From Fistulifera solaris (Eukaryota), in assembly GCA_030295235.1 (NCBI GenBank), contig AP026155.1, positions 62,001 through 126,000 of the forward strand: DNA of 64,000 nt. Reading direction: 5' to 3'. Positions 1 through 12,000 of the stretch are shown piece by piece. A program made the translations under genes and the position numbers. Within the stretch, counting starts at the first letter, position 1. Every line of letters begins with the position of its first letter. The notes beneath the pieces were generated by a model that worked only from the letters and a program-made list of their open reading frames with translations, was not told where the DNA came from and made no database searches.

Positions 1-30
1 TGCCGTTACATTTGCTTGTTTCGGCGGCAT
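1..30 (-). CDS. Probable 5' end of a gene running off the window (MPPKQANVTA...)
   Basis: Reverse complement of 1-30 reads ATG CCG CCG AAA CAA GCA AAT GTA ACG GCA; the region upstream of it is promoter-like. Only 10 codons are visible. Confidence 0.4.
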   Translation of the reverse strand, partial: MPPKQANVTA

Positions 31-165
31 CTTGAAGAACGGTTGTCAATAGAATCAAAAAACGAATAGCGCAACGATATCTTTGGCGAAAGATGTCGTT
101 CTTGAAAATATGAGAGAAAATCGAATGAATTTGCGATAGACGACGAACTCATGAAAATCGTTGCA

Positions 166-433
166 ACGTCATAAAAAGCGTTTGTCAGTTTAACTGTCTC
201 CTTTCAGAGATTCTTACGTCAGCAAACGTCACTCATTATGATGCGTCCCACGTAGACTTACGTAGGAAAAAAGTGTGAGAGATTAAGGTTAGGGATTCGG
301 AAGCTGGATTTTCAGTGCTTACGTCACAAAATTCGATTGGAATTCCACAGCAACTTGAGGTTATTATGCTCCACCACAAACATAACCTGTAAGGATGAGG
401 ATTCGGAAGCTGGATTCTTTTGTGCCTACGTCA
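166..433 (-). promoter_or_regulatory. Cluster of five TGACGT (bZIP/aureochrome-type) hexamers, two within a ~45-bp direct repeat
   Basis: ACGTCA at 166, 216, 226, 321 and 428; GGATTCGGAAGCTGGATT...TACGTCACA occurs at about 293-328 and 399-435. Confidence 0.45.
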
Positions 434-981
434 CACCTTGGGAGAAAAATTCCGGTAAACAACAGATTGTTTGAGACTAGAAAAATCGTATTGCCCTGGC
501 CACATCATCAACAGTCGTCAAGGTGATGGTGGAACGACGTGTTGACACGTTGGAACCTTGGAGGATCACCAACCAGTTTCCATCAAGTGGCAACGAAAGA
601 CAAGGCGGATAAATTCGTGAATCATCAATCGACCCGTGACGACTCTAGGGACATGAACGCCGTACGACCAATCTTTAACTACAGTTTGCTGTTAAAGGAA
701 TAATTCAGTTTAAGCTGTCTGTATGAACGAAAAGCAGTGTGAGCAAGTCACTCAGAGCACTTTAGAGCAAAATCATAGTGGCTATGGTATTGCTTAAATT
801 CCAAAAATTGCGAGGGCCAGATCACATTGTTCTGAAATCGATACTTCATTTCATTCCCCTCTCTTTCATTCGTTATCTTATTGTAAAAAAAGCCCGTGAG
901 TGATTCATCATTGAATGAGATCATAATGTAAACTTTCCGATCAGTAAAGTTTTCAAGCATAGACCACAGACCACAGACTGC

Positions 982-2696
982 CTATTCTTTCGCATCAGTT
1001 GAGGACGAATGCGTGAGTTGATACTGCCGCAAGGCAAAGTAACTGGTCGCCGACAAAAGCATCGCTGCTGACGATTGCATGGCAACAAGATTTCCTGTAA
1101 GATCCGCCAAAATACCAGTCATACTGGCTCCAACGAGGAATCCAACATCCCCACCCGTGCGAAGCATCGCAATGGCTTGAGCACGATGAGACGGTTTCAC
1201 TATATCACTGGTATAAGAGACTGGAGCCGTACTGAGCATACTGCTGCCAGCGGCCCATAAGGCCAAACATGGAGCCAATGTCGTCACATGTGTGAGTTGG
1301 TAGGGTAACGCCATCATGGCGGTACTGATCAATGTACAGCCAACTACCATGGCGGGTACTTTCCCAAATCGATCCGCACCGCTGGCGAAAATGGGGTTGC
1401 CCACGATTTGAATCATGGACATGCCCATGTACACTTGCCCCACCTGAAACGCGGATAAATTCATTTGTTCCGTCAACACAAGAGGCAATAAAGTCATTTG
1501 GGAACCTGCTAAACTGATCCAGTACGCCATGTTCATGAAAAGGACCGTTCGAAGTCTCGAATCTTGAAACAAGGGCCACCATTGTCCAAGCGCATTCTGT
1601 ACTTCAATAGAGATCGATGGTGATGTCTTGGTGGTAGTCGTTATGTTTGCTGTTGCTGCTGAGAGCAGAGATTTTTCTTCGAATTTCGGCAGCGTTTCTT
1701 TTAACAGAAAACGATTCAGCGTCGCTACACCCACATAGGAACATGCGACTGTCGCGAACGTCGCTTGCAATCCAGCAGCATCCACCATGTAACCGCCCAA
1801 GGCCGGTCCTAGTGCCGTCCCGGCCGCAAACGCACTCATAATCGGCGCCAGAGTACTAGCTCGATTGAGTGGTGTACTGTTGTCCGTGATCATCAATGTC
1901 CCCGCAGTACTCAACGCCGCCACCCCCAAGCCGGTGAACAAACGACACAAATACAATTGTTCGAAATTGGCCGCCCATCCCATACCACCAACAGCCACAG
2001 CAATGACTCCCAAACTATACGTCATGTAGGGCTTCCGTCCGTGTCGTTCGACCAAGACCGCTGCCGGTATATTGCCCATCATTTTCGCCAAACCGAACGC
2101 ACTCACGACCGTTCCGTATTGCCCGGCGGTCAACTGAAGTTGTTGTACGACAAATGGCATAGCCGGCGTGGTTACCCCAACACTTGTCCCCACCAGTAGC
2201 ATACTAACGATAATTGGCCAAGTTTGGTGCCAATCGACGCTAGAGGCGCGTTCGTGCAAAGCCTGAACGAATTGATCGCGTGTCAAGTGTGGCTGTTGCT
2301 GGTTGTCATTTCTATCAGTGTTGTTGCCTCCTAGAGCTTGCCATATTTCCCGAAATTCACTGGATTTTGTGTAGTTTATTTCTGTGAAAGATACTTGTGT
2401 CGAAGGTGCAGTAGGAGGACGCTGAAATAAATAATCATGCAATTCTTGCTGTGACAGTTGATTGTGTTGCATTTTAGGGATTCGATCAAAAATTTGATGC
2501 ATTTCTTGTGTTGTAAAGATTCCAAGCCTAATGATCGATACAATTGCTGCGTAGAAACGGTTCGCTTGATGATCATTGACAAAGAAGGAGGTTGTATGCG
2601 AAAGAATACAGAAGACAACACGGATGAGGAACCGAAGAAAGAGCCGTTGCAGTTTCTCGGTCGTTTCCCGAAGGAGCGTATGATTCTATAGCTCAT
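982..2696 (-). CDS. Major facilitator superfamily transporter (DHA1/TetA-like) with a soluble N-terminal extension
   Basis: ORF 982-2502 has about 12 hydrophobic segments and MFS motif A variants (LVERHGRK, GADRFGKV). The likely ATG at 2696 is in another frame, implying one frameshift between ~2500 and 2685. Confidence 0.85.
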
Positions 2697-3226
2697 ACTT
2701 TTTTCTGTTAATATTTTGTTAAGACATGTATCTAGTTTTGTTTCACTTCCTTGATTCCTTTCCCTTAGTTGCTTGTTGTTGTTATTGATGTGATACTGTA
2801 ATATTGGTACTGGTATGCTCAACGATGTTATAGCTTCTGTTGTTGCTTCCTTTTTCCTTTGCGTTTGGATGCAGCGCAAAAAACGAACGCCGCGTGTTTG
2901 GAAGGTCGACGACTATTGGTTGTACACATAATACACAGTACCCGTACCAGTATCCGGGTGCCCCCTACATTTTCGATTTCTAATGAAATTCTTAACTCTA
3001 TTGCAATAACGTACGCACAACGGACCAAAGTTTGCCCCTAAAGTCGTCCAACTTTTTTCGCGGGCGCTGCGTTACTAGTACGTAGTATTGTTCTCCGCAT
3101 TTCCGGCGGTCATGCTTCCTGTTTCCTGTCACACTCCGTGTGTTGTTTTGTTTTGTTGCTTATCATTCCTTTCCCTTCCGCCTTCTCTATCTCTGTCTCT
3201 ATCTCTCTAAAGAATCGCTACCAAGT

Positions 3227-4021
3227 ATGATTGTACGAAGCGAAAGGACGGCAGTTACGAAGAATCCATTGTTTGCGACGAAACAGCAACCCTTTCCGCC
3301 GTGGTGTCTCTTTTTGGCCGGACTTTTACTGGGAACGCGCAGTGAAATCACGCAATGGTTGCGTACTTATGCCGAAGCACTCTTGGTGTCTCTCTATGCT
3401 ACGGGTGTTACAATCTATTTGTTGTATTCAGCGTATACTCGACGACGCACCAACAAGTTCACCCAATCAGCAAAACGAGCAACCAAAGCTGTAACGACAA
3501 ATACATCATCCGCACCGACAACATCGATTGCAGCAACAACGGAGGAGGATGATGCATTAAAGACTCCTTCGACTACACAACAAACGCAACCACCCATCGA
3601 TTTGACGGGAACGTATCAACTGATATCGAATCAAGGTTTCGAAGAATTCTTGGCGGTACAAGGTGTCCCTTGGGCACTCCGACGAGCCGCGAATGCCGCA
3701 CGGCCCATTCATCGCATAACCCAAACGGCACAGCAGCTTACTATCCAAATACAAGGTATAATTGAAAGTGAGACGACTTACATTATCAATGGTCCTCCGG
3801 TAGAAACGAATGTACGGGGAAGGATTTTTGAAGATGTTGTCGAGTACATGGAAGACAATCACGGCATTCGCGTACGGAAAAAGGCATTGACGGAAGATTA
3901 CGATGTCACGGTGGAACGGGTCTTGTCCGAAGACAAACAAGAAATCGTTTTGACTTCGACGGCTTTCTTTCGCGATGGTCGACCGTCGGTGAGCAGTGTG
4001 CAGCTGTTTCGTAGAGTTTAA
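3227..4021 (+). CDS. Membrane-anchored fatty-acid-binding-protein (FABP/iLBP, calycin)-like protein
   Basis: The C-terminal ~140 aa begin DLTGTYQLISNQGFEEFLAVQGVPWALRRAA, matching the FABP N-terminal signature, and end LFRRV. Upstream are 1-2 hydrophobic segments and a Thr-rich linker. Confidence 0.75.
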   Translation: MIVRSERTAVTKNPLFATKQQPFPPWCLFLAGLLLGTRSEITQWLRTYAEALLVSLYATGVTIYLLYSAYTRRRTNKFTQSAKRATKAVTTNTSSAPTTSIAATTEEDDALKTPSTTQQTQPPIDLTGTYQLISNQGFEEFLAVQGVPWALRRAANAARPIHRITQTAQQLTIQIQGIIESETTYIINGPPVETNVRGRIFEDVVEYMEDNHGIRVRKKALTEDYDVTVERVLSEDKQEIVLTSTAFFRDGRPSVSSVQLFRRV

Positions 4022-4356
4022 ACGAGAGCTTCCCTCTTCTGGATATTATTGCATGAGGCAAGATTTCCATTTAAAAAATAGACGAATTCCAAAGTACGGA
4101 ATTATTGGTAGGTGTTTCAAAGGGGTACGATGCATGGTCAAGTAGTGCATATGTCAAATCTAGATCGGATGAAGATCAGGAACTCTTTTAGGTGCCTGGC
4201 AAGATAACTATAGCACGAGTATAGCTAGACTTAGGAGGGTACGCTGTCGATTTACTCACACTGAATAAGATGATTATTTGTAATGGTACTCATGTATTAG
4301 TTCATTTTTATGAATTGTAGTTTATTCCAACAAACAATTGACGGTTCGCTCGCCAC

Positions 4357-5021
4357 TCAACGATTTTGAGACCATCCTGCAGACGAGGCGGACGAATCTT
4401 GACTGACCGATTCTCCTTGTGTAGTAGAAGCGGAATCCCATGATTTGCGTTTCATGGGCTTGATGGTTTCTACCATTTCATTCGATAAATTATCAAAGAC
4501 GAGCGACCAGGCGGATAGAACCTTTTCCAAATCCTTGCTATTTTCGCTATGTGCCGAAGAATATGACGCCAAGGTCTTTAACATGGCATCACGCATCATG
4601 GACCAGTGATTGGTCTGAATGCGCGGAAAATTAGCGTGTTCTAAGCCAATTTCGAGCAATTGACCAAATAGAGCGTCCATTTCGCATTCGAGCAAAGAGA
4701 CACTCATATCCATCAGTGTGGATGTGGTTCGTGCGGCTTCGATGAATTCTTCGCTTTCGAACATGGCAGGACCGGGTGTAGTTCCGAAAGGAAATAGCAA
4801 TTTGTAGGAAAGAGGTGCTTTGGTAAAGATGCTGTAGAAGGCAACAGAGCATTTTTGTTAGAGCTGTAATGCAAATATCGACAGTGCCTTGATGGCATTC
4901 AAACTTACTTTCTCAGAAAACGATCCCCAAAATCATCCTCCCACGCCGGCGAAGAATCTTTAATACGTTCCCAAGATTCCTGTACAGCAGCAACAACGTC
5001 TGGACTGATGTCTTCCATCAT
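4357..5021 (-). CDS. Single-domain globin (2 exons; intron 4832-4908)
   Basis: Spliced translation MMEDISPDVVAAVQESWERIK...FGDRFLRNIFTKAPLSYKLLFPF...LLEIGLEHANF...AWSLVFD shows the A-helix SW, CD1 Phe, F8 His and H-helix AW; intron is GTAAGT...CTACAG. Confidence 0.8.
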
Positions 5022-5768
5022 CGTGATTGTATTAGTGACGAGCTTACGCAAAGGGCGGACGAGGATACACAATGTGCTTGACGGACGCGTTCTTTACAGC
5101 AGAGAAAGAAAGACAATGGATAAAAAGTCAATGTGTTGCAAAAGAAGACGAGGAGTGGTAGGAGATTTGGTTGTCGAATGAAAATAAACAAAAATCTTCC
5201 CCAAGAAGATACTTATCGAAGGAATTGGGGTGGAAGGAACCGCAAAAATCGCAAGTAACGCAACCTCCGGCATTTTGGGTCCACAATAATCGTATCAATA
5301 GTTCCAGTAAGACTATGGTAAAAAGTGGAGATAAGAGAGATACGAAATTCTTTATTTGCCTGCGGTAAACAAGATTCAAGTTCCGACTAAAGTACCACGT
5401 ATCTGTTTAATGTCAAATGTCCATGTCCGCATTTCGCCGTATAATCAGTACAATTTCTCGAACCTAGGATCGAGACACCAAGACCAAAAACCCATCCAAA
5501 AACAGGCACGTTCGATAAGGACTATCATGCACCGACAAAGGACAAAGGACAAAGACACGGTGACGAACCAACTACGGTACATTGAAAACGGAAGAAAAAA
5601 GGAAAAGTGCCGGAGCTTTTTATCAATGCTGATCTCTCCTCTATCCTCTTGCTCAAAATGTCGTGGTGGCGTTTACGTATTGCCTTGGGCTTTTCGAAAT
5701 GACCTTGGGGCCTTGGGGTTTGGGCTTTTTTGTTTTGGAAAGGTTCTGAAGTCTGAAGACCGAAGGTC

Positions 5769-6032
5769 TATAGTTCGACAAATATCGATATTTCGATTTT
5801 TACGAATATCAATATCGTATTATACGATATAATAACCAATATTAATATCGGCGACCGTCTGTCTTCTCCCGCAAAATACAGCCATTTTAGCGTAAAATGC
5901 CACAAATCCGTCTGTCAGGCGTACGAATATCGACAAATATCGATATTGGGAAAAATGGCTCTGATATAATACGTTATTATAACGTGAATATCGGTATTCG
6001 TTATTTGTTATTTTAGAGCGTGTCGAACTATA
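5769..6032. mobile_element. Non-autonomous DNA transposon (MITE), hAT-like, 264 bp
   Basis: Perfect 12-bp TIR TATAGTTCGACA (5769-5780) / TGTCGAACTATA (6021-6032). Perfect 8-bp direct flank CGAAGGTC at 5761-5768 and 6033-6040. AT-rich interior with many AATATCG subrepeats. Confidence 0.85.
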
Positions 6033-6215
6033 CGAAGGTCCGACCATACTCATAAGCACGAACTCTAATAGTGTTTCGGCATTCGACACGTTTCATTTTC
6101 ACCAGAACCACACGGATGGATGAAATAATATAAATAATATAAAGAAATAACGAATGAATTGAGATGTATTGCAATGGCAAGGATAGACGAGCAAAGAAGC
6201 ATTCTCTGATTTGTC

Positions 6216-7532
6216 ATGAAAGGAAACAATGGCGAAGGGAGCCGTAAACGACGTATAAAGCAAATCATTTTGCCGATTGGAGGAATCACCGCTTTCCTTC
6301 TCGTTGCATCCCATTTCACACAGCCATCAGAGTTTCGCAAGAATGTTAACCTTCAAACACATTCAACAAGAAAGAAATACGAAACAGATGAATCTCAAAG
6401 AGATTCGCAATGGCAGGATTTGTTGAATGGGAAGCTGACGCTGGTCGGAATTGATTATCAAAACGATCGTCAAATTCCGTACGCGTCCCTTTGTTTCTTG
6501 GAAAATTGGTCGCATCATCACGAAGCACCGCAGGAAGTACCCATGTTTCGCTACCTACAAAACGAATCAAAATATTGCAAGCAATCTATGCTCCGTATAC
6601 CAGTCTCAATGGCGGTACAAGCCATGCGTGAATACGACGCAACCCATCCGGATGAGATCAAGTTACTTGAATTCAAAGGCGCAATCTTTCACGAAAGTCG
6701 AGTCGGTTCGACATTGATAGCGAATATGCTTTCGTCACTGCCCGACGCTCGTGTTTACTCGGAGTCGCGACCGCCTGTTATGGCCCTGAATTATGCGTGT
6801 CAAAAGCAATCGTCCGATTGCACCCATGATCTCGTGTCGGAGGCTGTGTACATGATGCGACGCGTCTCTCGCCACAACCCCGCGCGATACATGTTTTGGA
6901 AGTTGCAGTCGGCGGCAACTTGGCAATTGGAAACATTTACACGAGCATTGCCGCATATTCCGTGGATCTTTGTGTACCGTGATCCTGTGCAAGTGATGGT
7001 CAGTCATTTTCAAGACGCCCAAAAGCACAATGGTCCTCCTAAATGTGCGCAACGACAACGAAATCGTCCGCCACCAATTGTTGTAAAATTATTAGAACGG
7101 TACTTTGATGATCAGTTGTCGATGTATCGCGGGAAGCAACTGGCGCGAGCCGTTTCCGTCGAACAATACTGCGCGGCTCATTTGGCGAGTCTCACCAACA
7201 CGGCCATTTCCGTTTTGCAACAAAGCAGTCAAGGACGAGCCGTCAATTACGAGCTACTACCAGATCTATTGTGGAATGACCTGTTAACAAATCATTTTCA
7301 GTACAATGCATCGGACGTTGAAATTGCTCGCATGCAAGAGCAAGCCCGGGTGTATTCGAAAGGTGGTGTTGGGAAGACGAGTAAACTAGACAAAGTAGGG
7401 ATTTTTGAAAATGATAGTCGACGAAAAGAACAAGCCGCTAGTACTGCAATCAGATCAGCCGCACAAGGTGCTTTACAGGAGTCGTATGAGCAATTAGAGG
7501 CATTGTCAATGCACACAAGACAAGACAATTGA
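6216..7532 (+). CDS. Type II membrane sulfotransferase-like protein (paralogue A)
   Basis: N-terminal TM helix; 5'-PSB-like IFHESRVGSTLIANML; 3'-PB-like IFVYRDPVQVMVSH. Confidence 0.7.
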   Translation: MKGNNGEGSRKRRIKQIILPIGGITAFLLVASHFTQPSEFRKNVNLQTHSTRKKYETDESQRDSQWQDLLNGKLTLVGIDYQNDRQIPYASLCFLENWSHHHEAPQEVPMFRYLQNESKYCKQSMLRIPVSMAVQAMREYDATHPDEIKLLEFKGAIFHESRVGSTLIANMLSSLPDARVYSESRPPVMALNYACQKQSSDCTHDLVSEAVYMMRRVSRHNPARYMFWKLQSAATWQLETFTRALPHIPWIFVYRDPVQVMVSHFQDAQKHNGPPKCAQRQRNRPPPIVVKLLERYFDDQLSMYRGKQLARAVSVEQYCAAHLASLTNTAISVLQQSSQGRAVNYELLPDLLWNDLLTNHFQYNASDVEIARMQEQARVYSKGGVGKTSKLDKVGIFENDSRRKEQAASTAIRSAAQGALQESYEQLEALSMHTRQDN

Positions 7533-7598
7533 AAAGAGTAACAAGCCCTCATCATTCATCATAGACACCCGCAACATATTTGACTAAGTAAACTCAGC

Positions 7599-8128
7599 TT
7601 ACTCCATTTTATCCAAAAGTTTCACTCGATCCAAAATTTCGCGTTTACTTGTTTCTTCTATTTCGCCCGCTAACATGAATTCATCCAAAATCGAATAAAC
7701 TTTGTTGAAATGAAATACAATATCCAATTCACAGACATTGTTGAAATAGGAATCCAGTAATTCCACAAACAAATGAATCGTCTCCAAATAACTGAGTTCA
7801 TTGTCATTGACATCGACAGCAATCGTAAAGAAAAGACCGGCGTATCTTCGATAGATTAATTTGTAATTGTTGTACTCAATGAAATTTGTGTACTTTTTGT
7901 CGCGTGCTGTCACCAACCGATGCACTTCGGCTTCCATGCGGACCTTTTCGAGTTCGGGTGTTGTGCCTATATTGTTTGCGACAGTCGGAGGCGTGTACCA
8001 TTTCGATAAGCGTGTTTTGCCTTGACGGTTTTGTAATAAAAAGAATCGAATCTTTGTCAATGAAAGGAGCAATAAAATGTTAAGTGTTTGTAAAAACGCA
8101 GCATATTTCTCAGTAAAACACGTACCAT
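7599..8128 (-). CDS. AP2S1: AP-2 adaptor complex sigma subunit
   Basis: [20 protein letters not shown]...YRRYAGLFF...[15 protein letters not shown]; the ATG at 8126-8128 is followed directly by intron 8052-8125. Confidence 0.92.
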
Positions 8129-9064
8129 CTTTTATTTGTGCTATTTCTTTTTGAGAGAAGGAAACGGAATGATGATTTAAGAGTATACTGGTAGCAAACT
8201 GCTGATCAAATCAAAATAACAATAGTCAAAATCAATCAATCAACCACGAAGCGCCATGGCCGTCTTCTCATGATGGTGGCCGTTGCGATTTGTTTTCATG
8301 CCCCAGCTCCCATTTCTGAACCGCTCCGACAACAATTCACAATCCACGACCTGTCCTTCCGTCACCCGAAGGCTGAAATGGTTCAATGGTTCAGTCACAG
8401 TCATTTCGACAGACCACTAAAAACTGTACTGTACACAGCTGCCGATCGAAAAAAGTCCTCCCAATACTTTTTTGTTCATCAAAAACTGTGTGCACCTTTG
8501 TCCAAATAATTCACGACTTGTAAAAGAACAGAGCACTTTAAGGAAGGAAAACAAATACTAGAGTCTCCGCTTCCAGCTTCCGTCTCTCATCTCGGAACTT
8601 TTGTAAATGTTCCTTTGCCCGTTCTGCAACAGGCCCTGTGCCAAGTCGAAAATGTGAGAATACAGCAGAGATCAGAGTCGTCAGCGAGAATGCAGAGATA
8701 TGAGACATGAGACATGAGACAAGTAGGACACGGACACGAAGTAACCGGCCGCTGCCAGCTGCGCTGACCCGAGTTTTTCTGGTAAAAGTACACAAGGTAT
8801 CCTATCTTGGCATCCTGTCATCGATCTTTTACCTGGTTAAAGCTATTGAGAGGACTGTAGCGATAATGACTTTGGCCCCCACCAAGTTGCCGGAACTTTC
8901 ACATCGCTACAAGTCATCACTTTTCTTTCATTTATCACAAATCCTTTGGTCTGGTTTTCGACCTCGCCCCCTCTTTCTCTTCTTCCTTCTTCTACTTTGT
9001 CGTTTTCGATCGATTCAAGAGCCATTCAAATTCGACCGATCATCAACTAACCAATCACAACACA

Positions 9065-12000
9065 ATGGTAAACAAGTTGTTAAAGCCTTCCGAAGAGGAA
9101 GTTCTCTTGCGCATGGCAAACGGCGACGGCGATGACTTTTCTACCTTCGGTCAAGACGACGATGACGAGGACTCTTCCGATGAAGAATCGTTGGAAGAGA
9201 AAGGTTCCGTCAATGAAGCCCGACGAGATGTGAAACTCATGAATGTAGTGCGAGCTATGGTTATACTATTTTTACTCACGGTGGCGTGTATTGGGTCAGA
9301 GGTAGCCTTTGTCATGGCCGTGTTGGGGAGAGGAACGTGTCTTTCGCAACAGCTATTATGAAGCTGCGGAAATGATCACGGAAAGGTTTTATAGTCACAT
9401 TCACGATGATTTGTGGTTGAGTAAGACACTGGCCGCGCAATTGAATCAAGCTGCAGGCACAACGAGTAACTGGCCGAACGTGACGTACGCGGACTTTCAC
9501 GAGATTTGTGAAGGCCCGTTGTATTTGAGCAGCGCCACAATGATCCACTGGACTCCGGTGGTCTCCAACAAGGAAGCGTGGGAAGCTTATGTCGCCTCAA
9601 CGTATCCGGCGAATCTGGATCAGTCGGCCATTGTGTCGGAGTCGTCCGTATCCTTTCATGTTGCGGAAACGCTCCAACTACACGGCTTTTCGCAAGGTAG
9701 GGTCTACAAGGTAGAAGAAACGAAAGATTTGTACTATCCGATCTGGCAGTCCTCTCCTTCCTTTGATCAAGGAATGGGTACATCGTTCGAAGAAGGCACC
9801 AATCCGGTACGAAAATCTTCTCTCTATGAAGTCATGCGACGAAAAGGAAGCTATCTGAGTCGCATGTTCTACAACGATACAAGTGAAAGCGATTTCGCGG
9901 TGTACAAGACACCACGTAGCATGATTTATTATCCAGTTGTGGAGGCTGAACAAGTGGTTGGCGTGGTCAATTTGGAATTCGAGTTCTCGAACTTTTTCAA
10001 AAACGCCTTGGATGATAAGGATTATCAAACAGCCATTCATGCCGTGGTCAAGAACACGTGCGATGATGATATGTATACCTTCAGTATCACCGGCTCGTCG
10101 GCGGAATACCTCGGCATCGGCGACAAGCATAACTTGGACGACGGCTTTGAGGTTCGCAGTATTGCGCCAGAAGGATACCTTGCACTCTTAGATGAGCATG
10201 GCAACCTTCCCATGAATGAGACTTGTTTCTACCAGATCAGGCTTTATCCTTCGAAGGCGTTCAAGAACAGTTTTGCCACGTGGGCCCCTGATATCTATCG
10301 TGCAATTTTACTCGGCTCATTTTGTTGCATTATTGCCGTCTTTCTGGCGTACGATAAGCTAATCGAGCGCCACCAGAAGAACGTCATCAGCGCGGCGGAA
10401 CGATCCGATGCAATTGTCCGCTCGCTTTTCCCTGCCAACATCCGCGATAAGCTATACGAAAAGGCGAAACGGAAGGAAGAAGAAAAACGACAACGACAGA
10501 AGCAGGCCAATTCCTTCCTTGCTAGTGATGCGGGTTCTATTGGCTCAGGAAGCGCCGGAAAGGGAGGACTGATTGTGACGAATAAAAATAAGTTGAAGAA
10601 ATTTGTAAATGACGGCGGTCGCTTCAAAAATGCATTTGAAGATGATCCAATCGCTGATTTGTTTCCGCAGACCACAATTTTGTTTGCCGATATTGCAGGT
10701 AAGTAATCGCGTTCTCTTCAACTGTTCATTTTGGTAGGAGATTGCATTGCTTACATTTGATAATCAAAGGATTTACGGCATGGTCGAGTGAGCGTGAGCC
10801 TTCACAAGTATTTACTTTGTTGGAGAACATTTATGCTGTAATGGACAAATTGGCGAAAAAGAACAATGTATTCAAGGTGGAAACTGTGGGAGACTGCTAC
10901 GTAGCAGCGACAGGTCTTCCAGACCCTCAAGAGCAGCATGCGGTCATTATGGTTCGATTTGCTCAAATATGCTTGGTAAAAATTAGAGAGTTGGTCTTGG
11001 CATTGGAGTCGCAACTCGGACCTGGAACAGCTGACTTGGCTATGCGGGCTGGTATTCACTCTGGGCCCGTCACGGCAGGAGTCTTGCGAGGTCAAAAGGC
11101 ACGATTCCAACTGTTCGGTGATACGATGAACACCGCAGCCCGTATGGAGAGCAATGGATCTCCTCACAAAGTCCACATTTCGAGCGAAACTTATGAGTAC
11201 CTGAAGCAAAGTGGAAAGGCGCACTGGGCAACTCCAAGGGAAGAGCTCGTTCATGCCAAGGGTAAGGGCTCGGTGCAAACTTACTGGATCAAATCGGTGT
11301 CCGGAGGCAGTTCCGCGGCAAGTTCGAGTGATGATATGAACGGCCCTGCAAGAAGGGTATCACACTTGTTAGCCACGACGAAACCCTGGGAGGGAACTTA
11401 TCTGGAACAGTATTTCGGTCTTACGGACGTAAGCGACGCACTTGAACGCCTAGTCAACTGGAACGCGGATTTGCTTGCATCGTTGCTTAAGTCGATCGTT
11501 GCTTCACGAGTAGCTGCTGGTCGACCTGGTAGTGCCCCGGTGATTTCAGAAAGGAAAGTCGCCGGCGATTTAGTTTTAGACGAGATCGAAATGGAAATTA
11601 AGGTACCCGACTTTGATGCCATTGCAGCTGAAGAAATTGAAAACGTGATGTCGAAGGTCCAGCTTCCCGAGTTTGTCAAGAACGAGCTTCATGATTTTGT
11701 GGCATGTATCGCTTCAGGGTACATGCATAACTCATTCCATAACTTCGAGCATGCCTCTCATGTGATTCTGTCCTCCAATAAGTTGCTAAAGCGAATCATG
11801 TCACTAGACAATCACAAAAACAACTCCACCGGTGAGGCGATCACGTCGCATGATCTCTATGAGCATACCTACGGAATCGGTACCGATCCATTAACGCAGT
11901 TCGCCATTGTCTTCTCGGCCCTCATTCACGACGTTGGTCACGTCGGTGTTCCCAATTTCGTCTTGGCTGAAGAAAATCCAGATCTCGCCGAGCGATATGT

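Noticed and set aside
982..2696. MFS transporter as the ArsJ partner of the GAPDH
   Set aside because: Sequence looks like a generic DHA1/TetA-type MFS, lacks the ArsJ-type N-terminal motif as I recall it (FTLTDGALRM-like), and lies about 20 kb away.
5128..6089. ORFs 5128-5379, 5356-5832 and 5820-6089
   Set aside because: No recognisable motifs; they overlap promoter DNA and the MITE.
8694..8722. TGAGACA heptamer repeated about 3-4 times upstream of the cyclase gene
   Set aside because: Too short to distinguish from simple slippage.
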